From Octopus sinensis (taxonomy: Eukaryota): DNA of 64,000 bases. The translations under genes were made by a program, and so were the position numbers. The DNA is taken from the NCBI RefSeq assembly GCF_006345805.1, contig NC_042997.1, forward strand, positions 53,692,001-53,756,000, given 5' to 3'. Shown here one piece after another: positions 12,480 through 25,494 of this stretch. The stretch's first letter is position 1, and every line of letters starts with the position of its first letter. The notes beneath the pieces are model-generated. The model did not search any database, was not told where the DNA came from, and saw nothing but the letters and a program-made list of their open reading frames with translations.

Positions 12480-13181
12480 GCAGCCTTTCTGGCCCGTGGC
12501 AAATATATCACGTCTCACCTAGAAGATTATGCTTTTAGTATCCAAGTACAGGTGATAGTTACTAAATACCTGATCAACAAAAGAGGTAAGAATGCTTCTA
12601 AGCTTCCAGGGTGTAACAGAAACCGGTGAAGAAGAAATCAGTAGCTGTTCAAAAATGTCCGCTAGATATTATCTTCCCACGAGACATGGCATTGTCGCTA
12701 GGACAGTCTACAATGCTATAAGCTAGAAGGATTGACCAGACACCCACACCAAAAGCATGCTAGAATGAGAACGTATCCACACCCTTAAAAATAAACGATA
12801 CTAGTGGAATATTCCAATAAAAACGAGGTGTAAGCATAACTGGCCAGATATGTTATATGGGATAGGGAGCAAAAGTTGTGCATCGTTGTAAAGATCAGTT
12901 TCCCAACGGATGTGAATGTCTTCGAAAATTGGAGAAGAAAACATCCATGAAGAACGGATGGAAAACCTACAATCCCTAAATCGAGTTTGTAGATCTTAAT
13001 TTGTTTCTATTACCACAGATGCACTGAGCTGCGTAACAACAGATCTGCATAGAAACCTGGAAGTGCTTGGGTCCTCTAGAAAAACAAAAAACAGAATTGA
13101 GCAAACTAATTCGCATTCTCCAGATACAGTGTATAAGAGAAACAGTAAACATTTGTTAAACATTTCAGGGGTTCTCCATCT
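12480..13181 (+). mobile_element. R4-like retrotransposon (second subfamily), C-terminus including RLE nuclease, decayed
   Basis: KYITSHLEDYAFSIQVQVIVTKYLINKR; ISSCSKMSARYYLPTRHGIVARTVYNAI; WNIPIKTRCKHNWPD / IWDREQKLCIVVKISFPTDVN; ELSKLIRILQIQCIRETVNIC*TF. Confidence 0.8.
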
Positions 13182-13314
13182 GACGTTCCTGAGAGGAACA
13201 CATACACGCGATCATATATTCCCTTTGCATATTTATGAATGCATACATAATAATGAAACCTACACACTTGTGGTCTATCGTTACATACACATCCACGAAT
13301 GCAAGTTTACCCAC

Positions 13315-13415
13315 ACACGCACACATACATACATACATACACACATACATACATACACACATACATACATACACACACACATACATACATACATACATAC
13401 ATACATACATACATT
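13315..13415. repeat. (ACAT)n microsatellite
   Basis: Directly visible. Confidence 0.95.
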
Positions 13416-13674
13416 ACGTACACAAACCAATCCAGGTAACTACAAACCCCAAGGGATGCTTTACTTAAATAAAAGAGCCTTGCAAATTTGTTAGTGACCT
13501 TCAAAGGAAAAACTTAAAATAAATCTCAAAGAAGCATATACACAGACACACGCACATACACACATGCATAAATATACATTAATACATGCATTCACACATA
13601 CACAAACCTTTAAAACATATGTTGCAAACAAATACTGTAAGAAAGAAATCTGAAGTCATGTGTAGCAAATGACA

Positions 13675-14187
13675 GGATTATCAGCAGCTAAATAACTTAT
13701 GCTATCATTATTGAATATTTAGAGTAATGGAGGATGAACCAGTAGACTGAATGTCTACTAGTTCAACCTCCATAGAGTATTTAGTTTCATTGCTGTTCTA
13801 TTCTGAGTTCAAATCTCGTCTAGTTCGGCTTTGTTTTACATTCTCGGATTATCAGCAGCTAAATAACTTATGCTATCATTATTGAATATTTAGAGTAATG
13901 GAGGATGAACCAGTAGACTGAATGTCTACTAGTTCAACCTCCATAGAGTATTTAGTTTCATTGCTGTTCTATTCTGAGTTCAAATCTCGTCTAGTTCGGC
14001 TTTGTTTTACATTCTCGGATTATCAGCAGCTAAATAACGTATGCTATTATTATTGAATATTTAGAGTAATGGAGGATGAACTAGTAGACTGAATGTCTAC
14101 TAGTTCAACCTCCATAGAGTATTTAGTTTCATTGCTGTTCTATTCTGAGTTCAAATCTCGTCTAGTTCGGCTTTGTTTTACATTCTC
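13675..14187 (+). repeat. Tandem repeat, 3 x 171 bp, each with a 19-bp hairpin and a SINE-A fragment
   Basis: Units start at 13675, 13846 and 14017 (ggattatcagcagc). Units 1 and 2 appear identical; unit 3 differs at about 3 sites. Confidence 0.95.
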
Positions 14188-14948
14188 GAGGACCTGTAGT
14201 ATAAGTAACAGTACTCGAGGACCTATAGTATAAGTGTCAGTAATGTACTAGGATTGATTCAAACCACTGTATTCATTCTTTACAAAGTGGCGGCCTTGGG
14301 AGAAATCATTAGGGAATAGAACGCTACATTTATTTTATATATAAACATAAATGCAGACGCTCGTGGATATATCCATACATGTATACACACAGAAATATAA
14401 GGCGATTTGATTATATCATGTATACGAATGGTATTAAGTTGTTTACAATAAATATATTAGAGGGAAGAGATTACAACGTATATGGTGCACGACTGTATGT
14501 GTGTGTGTGTGTTCTCTTAATTTTACATTTGTTGTAAACAACTTAATATCATATTCATATATCAATCATCGCAATAAATATACCTCTTTGTGTGTGCTTA
14601 TGTGCGACCATATATGTGTGTGTGTCTGCATATGTATTGGTATATAAAATAAATGTTGGAATCTATTCCATAATGATTTCTCATATTCATATTCTTGCGT
14701 GACTACCCGTTTATCAACAAAAAATCTTTTATAAAGCGGTACTGTTCGTATCCGAGCACATTCCAAAAATACCAAATGAGCTTGAAACTATAGCACACTC
14801 TTGATGTTTATTTTTAAAAATTACAATGAATACTGGGTAAAAATATGGTAAGACATTCGATGTTTCAACGGGTAACCACATCGGTGCAGAGATGTGTGAA
14901 CCCATAGGACTATTCCTCTTGATTGAACAGAAAGGCAAGAACACTAAC

Positions 14949-15440
14949 GTTGGACTGTATAATGATTAGAGCTTGATAGTTTTGAAAATTCATAATGGGT
15001 GTGCAACTAACACACTGATGAATATAATGAAAGCATCGAGCAAAATATGTGAAAATGACTGGAGTAAGCAGCCTAGTATCACCCAACTTCTTAGATACAA
15101 CGTCAAATTTAACGTAAATTTCATATGAAATCTGGCGTCCAGCCTCTAAATATACATTCATGTTCATATACAATGTAAATATACACCCCTCTGAGTTATT
15201 AATCAAATATCTATAAAAATAAGTGATCACGTAAGCAGTTTTTCAACGAAGCAACATTTCACAGGGCCGAGAACAACTACCCCTAGGCGCTCAGCCATAA
15301 ATACATCAAAACTAACTACAAACAATATAAAAAGTCCCTTAACATGGAAAGAGACACAATCTGGTTAAACCCGCCGTTCAGTAAGAACGTTTTTACTTGC
15401 ATGGCTAAACAATTTCTTTCCCTACAAACTACACAAAATT
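14949..15440 (+). mobile_element. Penelope-like element RT/thumb remnant
   Basis: VGLYND* (YRDD position), NFLDTTSNL, ALSHK and DTIWLNPPFSKNVFTCMAKQFLSL occur in PLE order. Confidence 0.75.
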
Positions 15441-15519
15441 AGTGCAAATCAAATGAGAGATGTTTGTAATTGAGCAAAAACTGAGTCGTGTCCTCAGCTG
15501 AACCTTTATTTTACAAATA

Positions 15520-15655
15520 CAAATCCTATAGGCTTCTATATAGTTTCTGTCTAGACGTTTTTATGTGATAAAAAGCAGATGCCTAAAATAATGCGCGATG
15601 GAATCGAACCCAGGACGTCATGGTTGCGAAACGAACTTCTAAACCACTCCGCCTC
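15520..15655 (-). mobile_element. SINE-B head, degraded
   Basis: ggaatcgaacccaggacgtcatggttgcgaaacgaacttctaaaccac is the reverse complement of a tRNA-like head. Confidence 0.55.
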
Positions 15656-15894
15656 GTTATTTATGATATTGAAGTTAATTACATCTTAGATATGTACATA
15701 CTGTTTTCATTAAAACACGTATAACACATTTAGAGTTGAACCGGTAATAGCATTTGTAGCTAATACTGATTTGATTAAAACACTGTGACATATAAGAAGC
15801 TTAAATGGATCATATATAAGACAACTAATAAAACTAATGGAGTTTTGCGTCAGCAAAAATCACAAAGAAAATACATCACGCACTCAGACGCACG

Positions 15895-15948
<54 letters not shown>

Positions 15949-16310
15949 ACACACACACACACACAAGAATTATGTGGTATAGTATTATACAAAGATTTAA
16001 CGAAGCGATCTCGTACACAAGAGTTGGGAAAGACCAACGACCAACCTCGGCTTTCACAGGAAAGGTTGGTAGGTAAAACATGGTGGGGCTTCTTTCACAG
16101 TTTTTCTACAAGCTATTCTGGTGACTATCAGGATTGTTTTATTTTCCCAAACTCTCGAGTACGAAACCGGTTAAATGGGCTGCAAGGGATCGATGGTATT
16201 GTAGAATTATTAATATACTTTCTCTAATTATTAATTCGAATCCCTGGATCTTCTGACTTGAGGATTCTTTGATGACTATATATATATTATTGAAATTTAC
16301 ATAAAAACAA

Positions 16311-16680
<370 letters not shown>

Positions 16681-17448
16681 TGGGTTGGCAAAAAAGTAAT
16701 TTTGTTTTTCGCAAATAGAGTTACATTTTTTTAATGACTTTTGTCAATGTTATCATTTTTTCCTTTTGACATTTGATAGCTGTCACTTTTAGCTTACTTT
16801 AGAAGCAAATTGCGCGTAATTTTGTTTAGACCTGTTAGTTTAGTATCAATTTTAACATGGAGTGTAAAAACGAACATTTTCGCCATATTTTGCTTTTTTA
16901 TTTCTGTAAAGACAAGAAAGCTGCTGAGGCTCACAAAGAGATGTGTGAAGTTTATGATTTTAATTACTTAACGGGATACACACATCAGAAATGGTTTAAA
17001 AATCCGTTCTGGAGATTTTTCACTCAAAGATGACCAACGTTCTGGTTGACCTATTGAAGTTGATGACGACCGAACTAAAGCCATAATTGAATCTGATTGT
17101 CATATAACTGTACGAGAGATTGCAGAGAGGTTAAATGTATCACACACAACAATTAAACGTCACTTAAAATGTCTTGGACTCGTTAAGAAGCTCGATATTT
17201 GGGTTCCACATAAATTGAAAAAAATTCAAATAACACAACCAATCAATATTTGCGATATGCATCTCAAATGCAATGAAATCGACCTTTTTTAAACGAATCA
17301 TTACTGGTGGGGAAAACTGAATCAAAACGATCATGGTCCAAGCGTAATGAACCAGCACAAACCACATCGAAAGCTGAATTGCATCAAAAACAGTCATGCT
17401 GTCGATTTGGTGGGATTACAAAGGTGTTGTGTATTTTGAGCTGCTTCT
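16681..17448 (+). mobile_element. Mariner element, 5' half (TIR plus N-terminal transposase), decayed
   Basis: TIR-like tgggttggcaaaaaagtaatt; ATG at 16857 gives MECKNEHFRHILLFYF...; RSG*PIEVDDD; IWVPHKL; KRIITGGE; VMLSIWWDYKGVVYFELL. Confidence 0.9.
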
Positions 17449-18294
17449 AATGACTGGGACAGGTAAAGGAAAAAAGATATATTTGTATATCGGAGGCCAG
17501 GTCTATCCAATGTTTATTTGCTTCCATTACTGGTTGCATATACGTTTGTGAGCTACATTTGCCAATATTATGAAGTAAATCCGAGCCCTCCAGAAACAGC
17601 TGTCGGACTTGTAACACCATACCTTTTCCCCCTTTGACTTTATCTGTTTTTGTACTCTTTGTAAATTTGCTGCGTTGACTATAAATATCTATATATTTAT
17701 ACTTGATTAGTCATCGTTTGAAAATTTTCAGTTTTTGCCTTCTCTATATTTACCTGTATACATGCATATATATATATTTTGCATACCACACTCTCTCTCT
17801 CTCGATATGTATCTATAGAATCCCGCTAATACGCTTTAGTGAGTCCATTTTATTATACCAAACTATAGAACAAATAGCAATGGCGAAATAGGAACAACTA
17901 CTAAGGGAATCCTCTTCTGTTTTGTTATGCATAGAGAGGAAATTTCTGTCATTTCTACCAGGCGAATTCAAAGCATTTTGAGAAAAATCAGTTAGATTTA
18001 ATAAAATCATAGAATTTGCGCTCAGACAAAAAGTTGACGAAATAATCCAAAGGATTATGTCTGTTATAAAACTGGGATATATTAATATGTGTAAACTTAA
18101 AATGAAATTAAATGCAGTGGTTGAGGGAACATGTTATAAATCGGATATATGTTTGGTATTATAGTTTGATGTCCAACAAAAGTTAAGAGGTTCGCTTAAG
18201 ATATAAATGAATATGAAAAATAAAAAACTATGTAGTTACAATTCGACAGTAGATTAATGTCACGATAATCATTCCAATAGATTGAAAATATATG

Positions 18295-19120
18295 AATCAA
18301 TTTTCCGAAAATCTCAGATTTAGCATTTAAATATAGTTCTGATTTTAGTTAATTTTATAAGACCAATCTTTTCTCTGCTAATCATATGTCATATTTATTA
18401 CTGTCAACTTTATAAGGACTTGATTTTCCAATTATTTTTCAGTAGATATAGTTTCAAGTATTTTCTATAGTTTCATTGTATTCCAATTTTTAGTGTTTGT
18501 AAATAAAGAGGTATGATTATAAAATCTTTTCTTGAACGTCTTTCGGGCATTTCAGTATAGCGTATTAAGTTGTATTCAGTTTCAAATATATTTTGTTAAC
18601 TTCTGCTTCGTAAGTCATGGTTTATGCATTACGGGAACTATTTACGCGAGCAATTGGTCTCAGAGAATATGGTTGGGTTATGGGATGCAATATGCTTTAT
18701 ATTAACACTTTAGCTACATCCTATTTTAAGGTAATGTCTATTGCATAATTTCTTATGTACAGCTAATAAGAAAGTCTTTTCTAAATATTGGAAGGTTTTT
18801 AGCTTTGATATAACATTTAATGAGCAGCTTGTGCAAGCCAAATTATATTTCAATGCCATTCTTTGTCAGGTTTGGGGGATATAATTGATATATTTAAATC
18901 CGTTCGCTTTCAATGTATAATTACTATAAAGAACTACGTTTTTAAGGAACTTTTCTTTTGAGGACAACTTCAAAATTCTTCTGTCTATATTATTGAAAGA
19001 ATCCTTATATGATTGTTATGAAACCGTGCTAACATAAACGATCGTTTGATTTAATTTTCTAAATGCTATGTATGAGCATATAGAAGGATGGTCAGATTTA
19101 AGAAATTGACTCCATATAAT
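18295..19120 (-). mobile_element. Penelope-like element, RT thumb plus GIY-YIG remnant
   Basis: Minus strand gives VNFLNLT, RRILKLSS, NIIWL, NIKHIASHN, FKKRFYNHTS, LAEK and LNAKSEIFGK in order, with many stops. Confidence 0.7.
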
Positions 19121-19386
19121 TATTATTATAATATTTAGGCCGAAAATGCAAAATGTTTGGATGGTTAATATCTTTCCTTATTTTTTCTAAGGACTTCTAA
19201 GGACACAACTAGCCTATCATTACTGCAAAGTCCAAAGTCTATAGAAGACTTGTTTGTATTTATCTATGTTTGTAGTATATCTGTCTGTCTGTCTCGAACA
19301 TGCACTATATATTCGTTCTTCGCCCGTTTATTACTGATCTTATTTTATCTTATGTCTAGGAGGATACACGAAGACGGAAAAGGTTG

Positions 19387-19420
19387 CTGAAGAGGTCACA
19401 GGTGTGTGACGAAAGATTTC
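19387..19420 (+). ncRNA. Hammerhead-ribozyme-like motif
   Basis: CUGAAGA-G-GUCACA(GGUG)UGUGAC-GAAA-GAUUUC: intact core and perfect 6-bp stem II; stem I is weak. Confidence 0.6.
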
Positions 19421-19614
19421 CGGACAATGAAATAAGAACAATAATTAACGAGTGAAGAACGAATAGTGTGTGTGTTTATTTGGCGAAAAGCAAAAATAAA
19501 ACAAAACAAAACATAAAACAAATGACCAACTCGATGTATAACAATATATATATGAAAGAGAGAGACAGAGAGTGAGAGAGAGTGTATGTGTGTGTGTATC
19601 TACAAAAATGCTTG

Positions 19615-19649
<35 letters not shown>

Positions 19650-19824
19650 ATCTTTGTATGCCATATCATGCGTCATGCGCCCTTAACCCTTCTGACTCGT
19701 AGGAGCGCCGTTGTGACATACAGCATGTCTTAGATTTAACCACTCCAGATTTTACCACAGTTGATTTCTTCCAGAAGGAGAGAAAAAAACAGCCAGAAAG
19801 AAACAATTAGAAAAAGCGGAGAAA

Positions 19825-19968
19825 TGACTTCAATACAGGACTGCTATTTTATTTATGGACTCTGACAGGATGAAAGGCAAAGATGTCCTCGGCGGAATTT
19901 GAACTTAGATCGCAGTGGGTCTGAACGATTACCGCATGTCAATCTACTCAATGCTCTAACGTTGCAAC
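19825..19968 (-). mobile_element. SINE-A, degraded
   Basis: ggatgaaaggcaaagatgtcctcggcggaatttgaac. Confidence 0.75.
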
Positions 19969-19977
19969 CAATCGGTT

Positions 19978-19981
19978 GCCT

Positions 19982-20058
<77 letters not shown>

Positions 20059-20059
20059 C

Positions 20060-20110
<51 letters not shown>

Positions 20111-20125
20111 AATCTATGTATGTAC

Positions 20126-20191
<66 letters not shown>

Positions 20192-20264
20192 GTCTGTCTG
20201 TTTGTCTGTCTGACTGCCTGTCTATCTATCTGACTGCCTGTCTATCTATCTGACTGTCTGTCTA

Positions 20265-20312
<48 letters not shown>

Positions 20313-20313
20313 C

Positions 20314-20359
<46 letters not shown>

Positions 20360-20397
20360 CTCTATCTACTTTATCTATCTATCTATCTATCTATCTA
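19978..20397. repeat. (TATC)n/(TGTC)n tetranucleotide microsatellite
   Basis: Directly visible. Confidence 0.95.
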
Positions 20398-20431
20398 TGT
20401 GTGTGTATGTATTCATTTGAGTCTCTCTCAC

Positions 20432-20521
<90 letters not shown>

Positions 20522-21299
20522 TTATTCATATGTATGCACGTACGTATGTGTATTCATATATATACATATGCATTTATGTTTACGTATGTGTACGTGTCTG
20601 TGTGTACGTCCCAATGCACATACGTACGTAATATACATTCATACCTACATTCACACATCTTACATGCTTCCTCCCTTCTAGCGCCTTCCTTTTGTCTCGT
20701 TTCTGTTTTCTCATTATAACTACAATTACAGCTACAGCGATTTAATTTCTTTTTTCGTTTATTTCTTTATCCTTTTATTCATCAGCTCACTTAGAGAACT
20801 CACACAGCTGTGTGCAAAGCAGGAGAAGCAATATTTCCACACCGTATAACTATTTCCTTATAGGGTCTGCTTTCTTTCGGTGTGCAAAGAGATTCCTTCC
20901 GCTCAGCTGACACAGTTTCAAAGTGGTGAGAGACTTGCAGTTAAATGTACATCGACAGTAAATACGCACAAGTGATTTTGAGAACAAAGAGAATAGTTTT
21001 TCGCTTTTTGTTTTGTTTTGTTTTCTAAGGAATAAATATGAAAGATTGAAACCGGCTGTAATCAGCGAACAAAAACTTCGTAAATCAAGGACGTTAAAGT
21101 CCGTGTTATTAAAGTATTAAAAACAGACTGTTTTCGTTCAATCCTTATAACCATACTTCATGATAATGAGAGTAAATGTAACTTATTTTCATTTTTTTGT
21201 GATTATGGCTTTTTAATGTGGTGTTTGTCGGTTCGTATCCCTATTGCCGGCTTTGAGTTATATTTACAGTGTATATATATATATGTATATATATATATA

Positions 21300-21680
21300 C
21301 TAGCAGTATCGCCCGGCGTTGCTCGAGTTTGTAAGGGAAATAACTATAAAGCATTTTTAGAGAGTTATAGCCAAAAAATAGCAAAAAATGGAAAAAAAAA
21401 TGATGGTAAATTTTTTTGAGAGTTAAAAAGGTCGAGTTGCGTCCCCTAGACAGTCTGTGGTTTGTGTTTCTGATTCTCAACCCCATGTCGAATTTATCGA
21501 TTTTTTTTTCAGAACTGGGGGAACTTTTCAAAATTTTCGCTGCGTTAGTTTTGAATTATGACATTGGGCTATGTGTGTGTCAAATTTCATCAGAATCGGT
21601 TGAAAGCCGTGGTCAGGTTGAGGGTACAACCTAACAGACACACAGACACGCAGACAGACAAACTGCCGTTTATATATATA
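21300..21680 (-). mobile_element. Non-autonomous Helitron-type element
   Basis: On the minus strand it ends in a subterminal hairpin ...GAGCAACGCCGGGCGATACTG then CTAG|T; the 5' end has TATATA and (CTGT)n. Confidence 0.75.
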
Positions 21681-21979
21681 ATGTGTGCGTACGTGCGTGT
21701 GAGTGAGTGGTTAGGGTGCTGATCATAATATTGTGGTTTCCATTTCTGGACTGGGCAGTGCATTGTGTTCTTGAGAAAAACCCTTCTTTTTACACGTTGC
21801 TCCAGTCCACCTAGGGAGCAGGGTGAATATATACGCCACAAAATCTGGGAAACCATTTTGTGTTGAGTCTGCAGTTTGAATCACTTTAACCAAATTTTAG
21901 CAGGCCGGATTTTTGATCATCACATCGCCAGCGACTCCCTGAAACTCTCCCCTGAAATCCCCGTTGAGAAATACTGATC

Positions 21980-22204
21980 TAAACGAATAATTCAACAATG
22001 CAATTATTTTATCAACAAAAATTTATGAAACGCTTCTACGTACTTCCTATTGAGGAAATGGAACACATAAGCGCAAAAATAGAAGGCATTAAATGCTTGA
22101 TTTTAAAACCAAAATAATTGAATTTTGATTGAACTTCATCCAAGTTTAGCTTAATTCGCGCGTGCATAGAACGCACGAGCGCACGAGCCGGGCAATACTG
22201 CTAG
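21980..22204 (+). mobile_element. Helitron-like 3' end
   Basis: cgtgc...gcacg hairpin, then ccgggcaatactgCTAG|T at 22201-22205; 5' boundary uncertain. Confidence 0.5.
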
Positions 22205-22568
22205 TATAACATATGGTCCCTGGCTTCTCCTTGACCTCTTCTTGTACATATAATTGCTCTTTCCTAGCGTGATCTCTGAAAGACGTTTGAAGAGTCAATC
22301 ACATGTACTGCAGCAATGTCTTAATTCAGCATTGGTTCAGTTTTCAGCTGCTTCAATCCTCGACGTGACTTGCAGGGTTTTTTTGACAGACATTGCATTG
22401 AAACTGGTCAACTGAATAAAAATTCTAATAGTTCATGTATACCTTACCTACATGGGTATGCTGGTGCGGTCTCATTACAGCGTGAGACAAGCATACTTTT
22501 GTGCATAAAGAATATTTAAAGAAGGATATATATATTTGTGTGCGTGTGTGCGTGTGTGTGTGTGTGTA

Positions 22569-23018
22569 TAGGTTTGGGAAGAAAGTAATTTCGGTGTTTT
22601 AGTGTGAAATAAAGTCATTTTTTTCATACAAAGAATAAACTTCAATGGATTACATATTTTCCATGACCTTTTGCCATCTTTCTGGCAACTTCATGATTCC
22701 GCGCTCATAGAACTTCTGGTCCTTATCAACCAAAAACTGAAACAAGTGTGATTTCAGGTCATCATCATTATGGAAAATTTTACCATTCAAAGAATTTTGC
22801 AAAGTTCGAAATAAATGGTCATCTGATGGTGCAAGTTCAGGGCTATATGGTGGATGGGATATCACTTTCCAACCAAGATCCAATAATTTTTCATGAGTTA
22901 GCAAAGATGTGTGCGATCTAGCATTGTCATAGTGGAACACGATTCCTTTACGATTTGCCTATTCTTGCCGTTTTCCTTTGATTTCTTCCTCTAGATTCAT
23001 TAGTTGTTGACAGTAAAC
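22569..23018 (-). mobile_element. Mariner element, 3' half (DD34D C-terminus plus TIR)
   Basis: VYCQQLMNLEEEIKGKRQE*ANRKGIVFHYDNAR...HPPYSPELAPSDDHLFRTLQN...KLPERWQKV; TA then TIR taggtttgggaagaaagtaatttcgg at 22567-22594. Confidence 0.92.
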
Positions 23019-23024
23019 TATCAG

Positions 23025-23270
23025 CTAGGGCACAGCCTTGGAGAATTGCGGTCGAACGAATCAACCCCTGCACTTAACTTTTTTAAGACTGGTTCTTATT
23101 CTATTGATCTCTTTTGCCAAACCGCTAAGTGACAGGTCAAACCAACATCAGTTATCGAGCGGAAAAAGAATAAACACAGATGCAAAGACACACACAGAGA
23201 TATACAGAGGCCTCTCGCGTGTATATATATATATATATATATACGACGGGCTTCTTTTAGATTCCGTAGC
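23025..23270 (-). mobile_element. SINE-B, degraded
   Basis: cttttgccaaaccgctaag and atacgacgggcttct. Confidence 0.75.
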
Positions 23271-23526
23271 CTTCTTACCGTCCCCTACACATATACACTC
23301 ATGTATAATGTGTGTGCGTGTATGTGTGTATGTGTGTGCACGCGCGCGTGTCTTGGAACAGGTGATATTGAAGCAATAAAGAAAAAATGTCGAAGCCTCC
23401 GTGACACTGTTACATTATTTGCGCATAAAATACAGAATACAAAACACAAATTTATGATCAAATGATTGGACTATATTATTTATCATCCCATTGCCAAAAA
23501 GTGAGTGAGTGTGTTTGATGGAGAGA

Positions 23527-23557
<31 letters not shown>

Positions 23558-23611
23558 TTAGGGAGAGAGACATAATACTATATAAAAAGAACAGTTGCTC
23601 CAATAAATCAT

Positions 23612-24470
23612 ACTAAAATCCTACTTAACATTATTGCTAATAGAATTAAAGTCAAATATTAACTAGAAGTAGGGGAACACCAGTTTTATTTCAAAGACAG
23701 AAAACGAATGAACGATACTATTTTTAACACAAAGATGGTTATTCAGAAAACATGATGATCTATTTACTGCTTTTATTGACTATCAAAAGACTTTTGACAC
23801 AGTTATTGATGACAATTATAGTCGGTAATGGCAAAAATAGGAATTCCTCAACATTTTATGTATTATTAAAATCAGTTTATTCTCAGCTAACGGTAAATGT
23901 CAAAAATAATGTGGGCTTCACTGTGTCGGTTGAGATTCTTCCCCCTTTCAGTTCAACGGCTATGTAGAAGTGTAACGTGGAAAGCTCAAGAAGGTTTTGA
24001 AGGTTCAGTCAAAACTAACAGAAGAATATTCACCACTCTTTGATTTGGCGATGATACTGTCCTTATTGCTGGTTGCTTTGAAGAATTGAGAAATTCGATG
24101 ATGAAAATAAAACATGAAGAATGTGGCTTATTCGTTGATTTTATCAAAACTAAATTGATTGCCGCAGAACACACTATCGAGATAATCGTATAATAATAAT
24201 TATTGAAGTAAGTCATTAGTTTTGCTATGTTAGAACAGTCGTTATAAATCAATATGATAACAGCAAAGAGATAAAAAGAACTGAAATGGCAACCTCAGCT
24301 ACCAACGCTTTGAATCGCATTTTGAAAAATCTAAGCAAGAAGACCGAATGGAAGTGCTGTGAATCTATGTTTTCAGTAGCAACGTGCAGATCTGAATGGT
24401 GGAATTTTTATACAGTAAAGAATACTGAGCAAAGACATTTCAAAATATGGTGGTAGAATGAAGAATTAGC
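23612..24470 (+). mobile_element. RTE-clade LINE reverse transcriptase remnant
   Basis: KILLNIIANRI; FIDYQKTFDTV; FGDDTVLIA (YADD position, 24044-24055); KTKLI; SKEIKR; CRSEWW (YGSETW position). Confidence 0.75.
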
Positions 24471-24569
24471 TAGACAGGAGAAAAAAATTAATTAATATGT
24501 GTCGCTTCTTCTGTTGTCGTTGCTGCTTCAGATCATTAGGTTGTGAAGTTTACTGCAGTGAGAGCCTCC

Positions 24570-24760
24570 TTTTATTTGCCTTCTGCCGTGGGCAGAAAAC
24601 TCTTACGTAGCAGGTCGCGCCACAAAAGCGACACCTTGGCCTTTTGCTCTCTACCATTACTATTAATCTGGTGCCATTTAGTAGTTCGATTACGGCAGGG
24701 ATGGCTTCGACTTTCTCTTGGTTCACTTGAATTAATAGTTCCTTGCATATATCCGACCAG
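24570..24760 (-). mobile_element. LINE ORF1 (gag-like) zinc-knuckle remnant
   Basis: AIPAVIELLNGTRLIVMVESKRPRCRFCGATCYVRVFCP has CX2CX4(H to Y)X4C spacing. Confidence 0.45.
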
Positions 24761-25494
24761 CTTTCTCGGTGTATGTGCTAAACTTCTGACATTGCCTCGT
24801 CTTCACCACTAAAAAAAACAGTCGTCATTAGCCACCAGATAATTATTTCAGATGGTATGTCCATCACCCTCAACTTCTCATCTAGTTTACCCATATATGA
24901 TGGGGTGAGGATGAATTCCTCATTTTGGACTCAGACCCAAATCTGACGTCAACTGTGCTAAATTGTTTGCCAGACATAACGAAAGATTTTTTATTTCCAC
25001 GCGTGCCCTTGGGTTGATCTTTCGAATTGTCGACTCTTAATGCTGATGCAACGATAAGTCACCATGTCTCGATTGATTTGGTCGATAACGTGACTAGGTT
25101 GCCTAACGTTTACTGAAAATGATTTTCTTTTTTTAATTATTTCTCTCGGCATTAGCAGCTTGAGCAACAACCTGCCAAACATCTTTTGGCATGTTGCTGT
25201 TGTTATCGTTGTTGTTGCTGCTGCTGCCGTTAAACAGCATGTTGGATTCATAATGGAATTAGTGAGAGGAATCTGTGGGAGATCCTCTTTGTAGTAGCTG
25301 TCCCAACAGCTATCCATACCCTCCATTTGCGAGGCCATGCTTGTCTTTGATTTTAAAGAAATGTTTAAATTTTAAACATTCACTTGATGGCCATTTTTCT
25401 GCAAACCTGATGAAGTTTAGTTTTATACACGATATTGCAATGTTGTATTGAAGACCAGTATAAAATGTCATATATCTCAAGGAATTAGATGTAA

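Noticed and set aside
13675-14187. 171-bp period equal to primate alpha satellite
   Set aside because: Length coincidence; no CENP-B box seen, and the unit contains a SINE-A piece.
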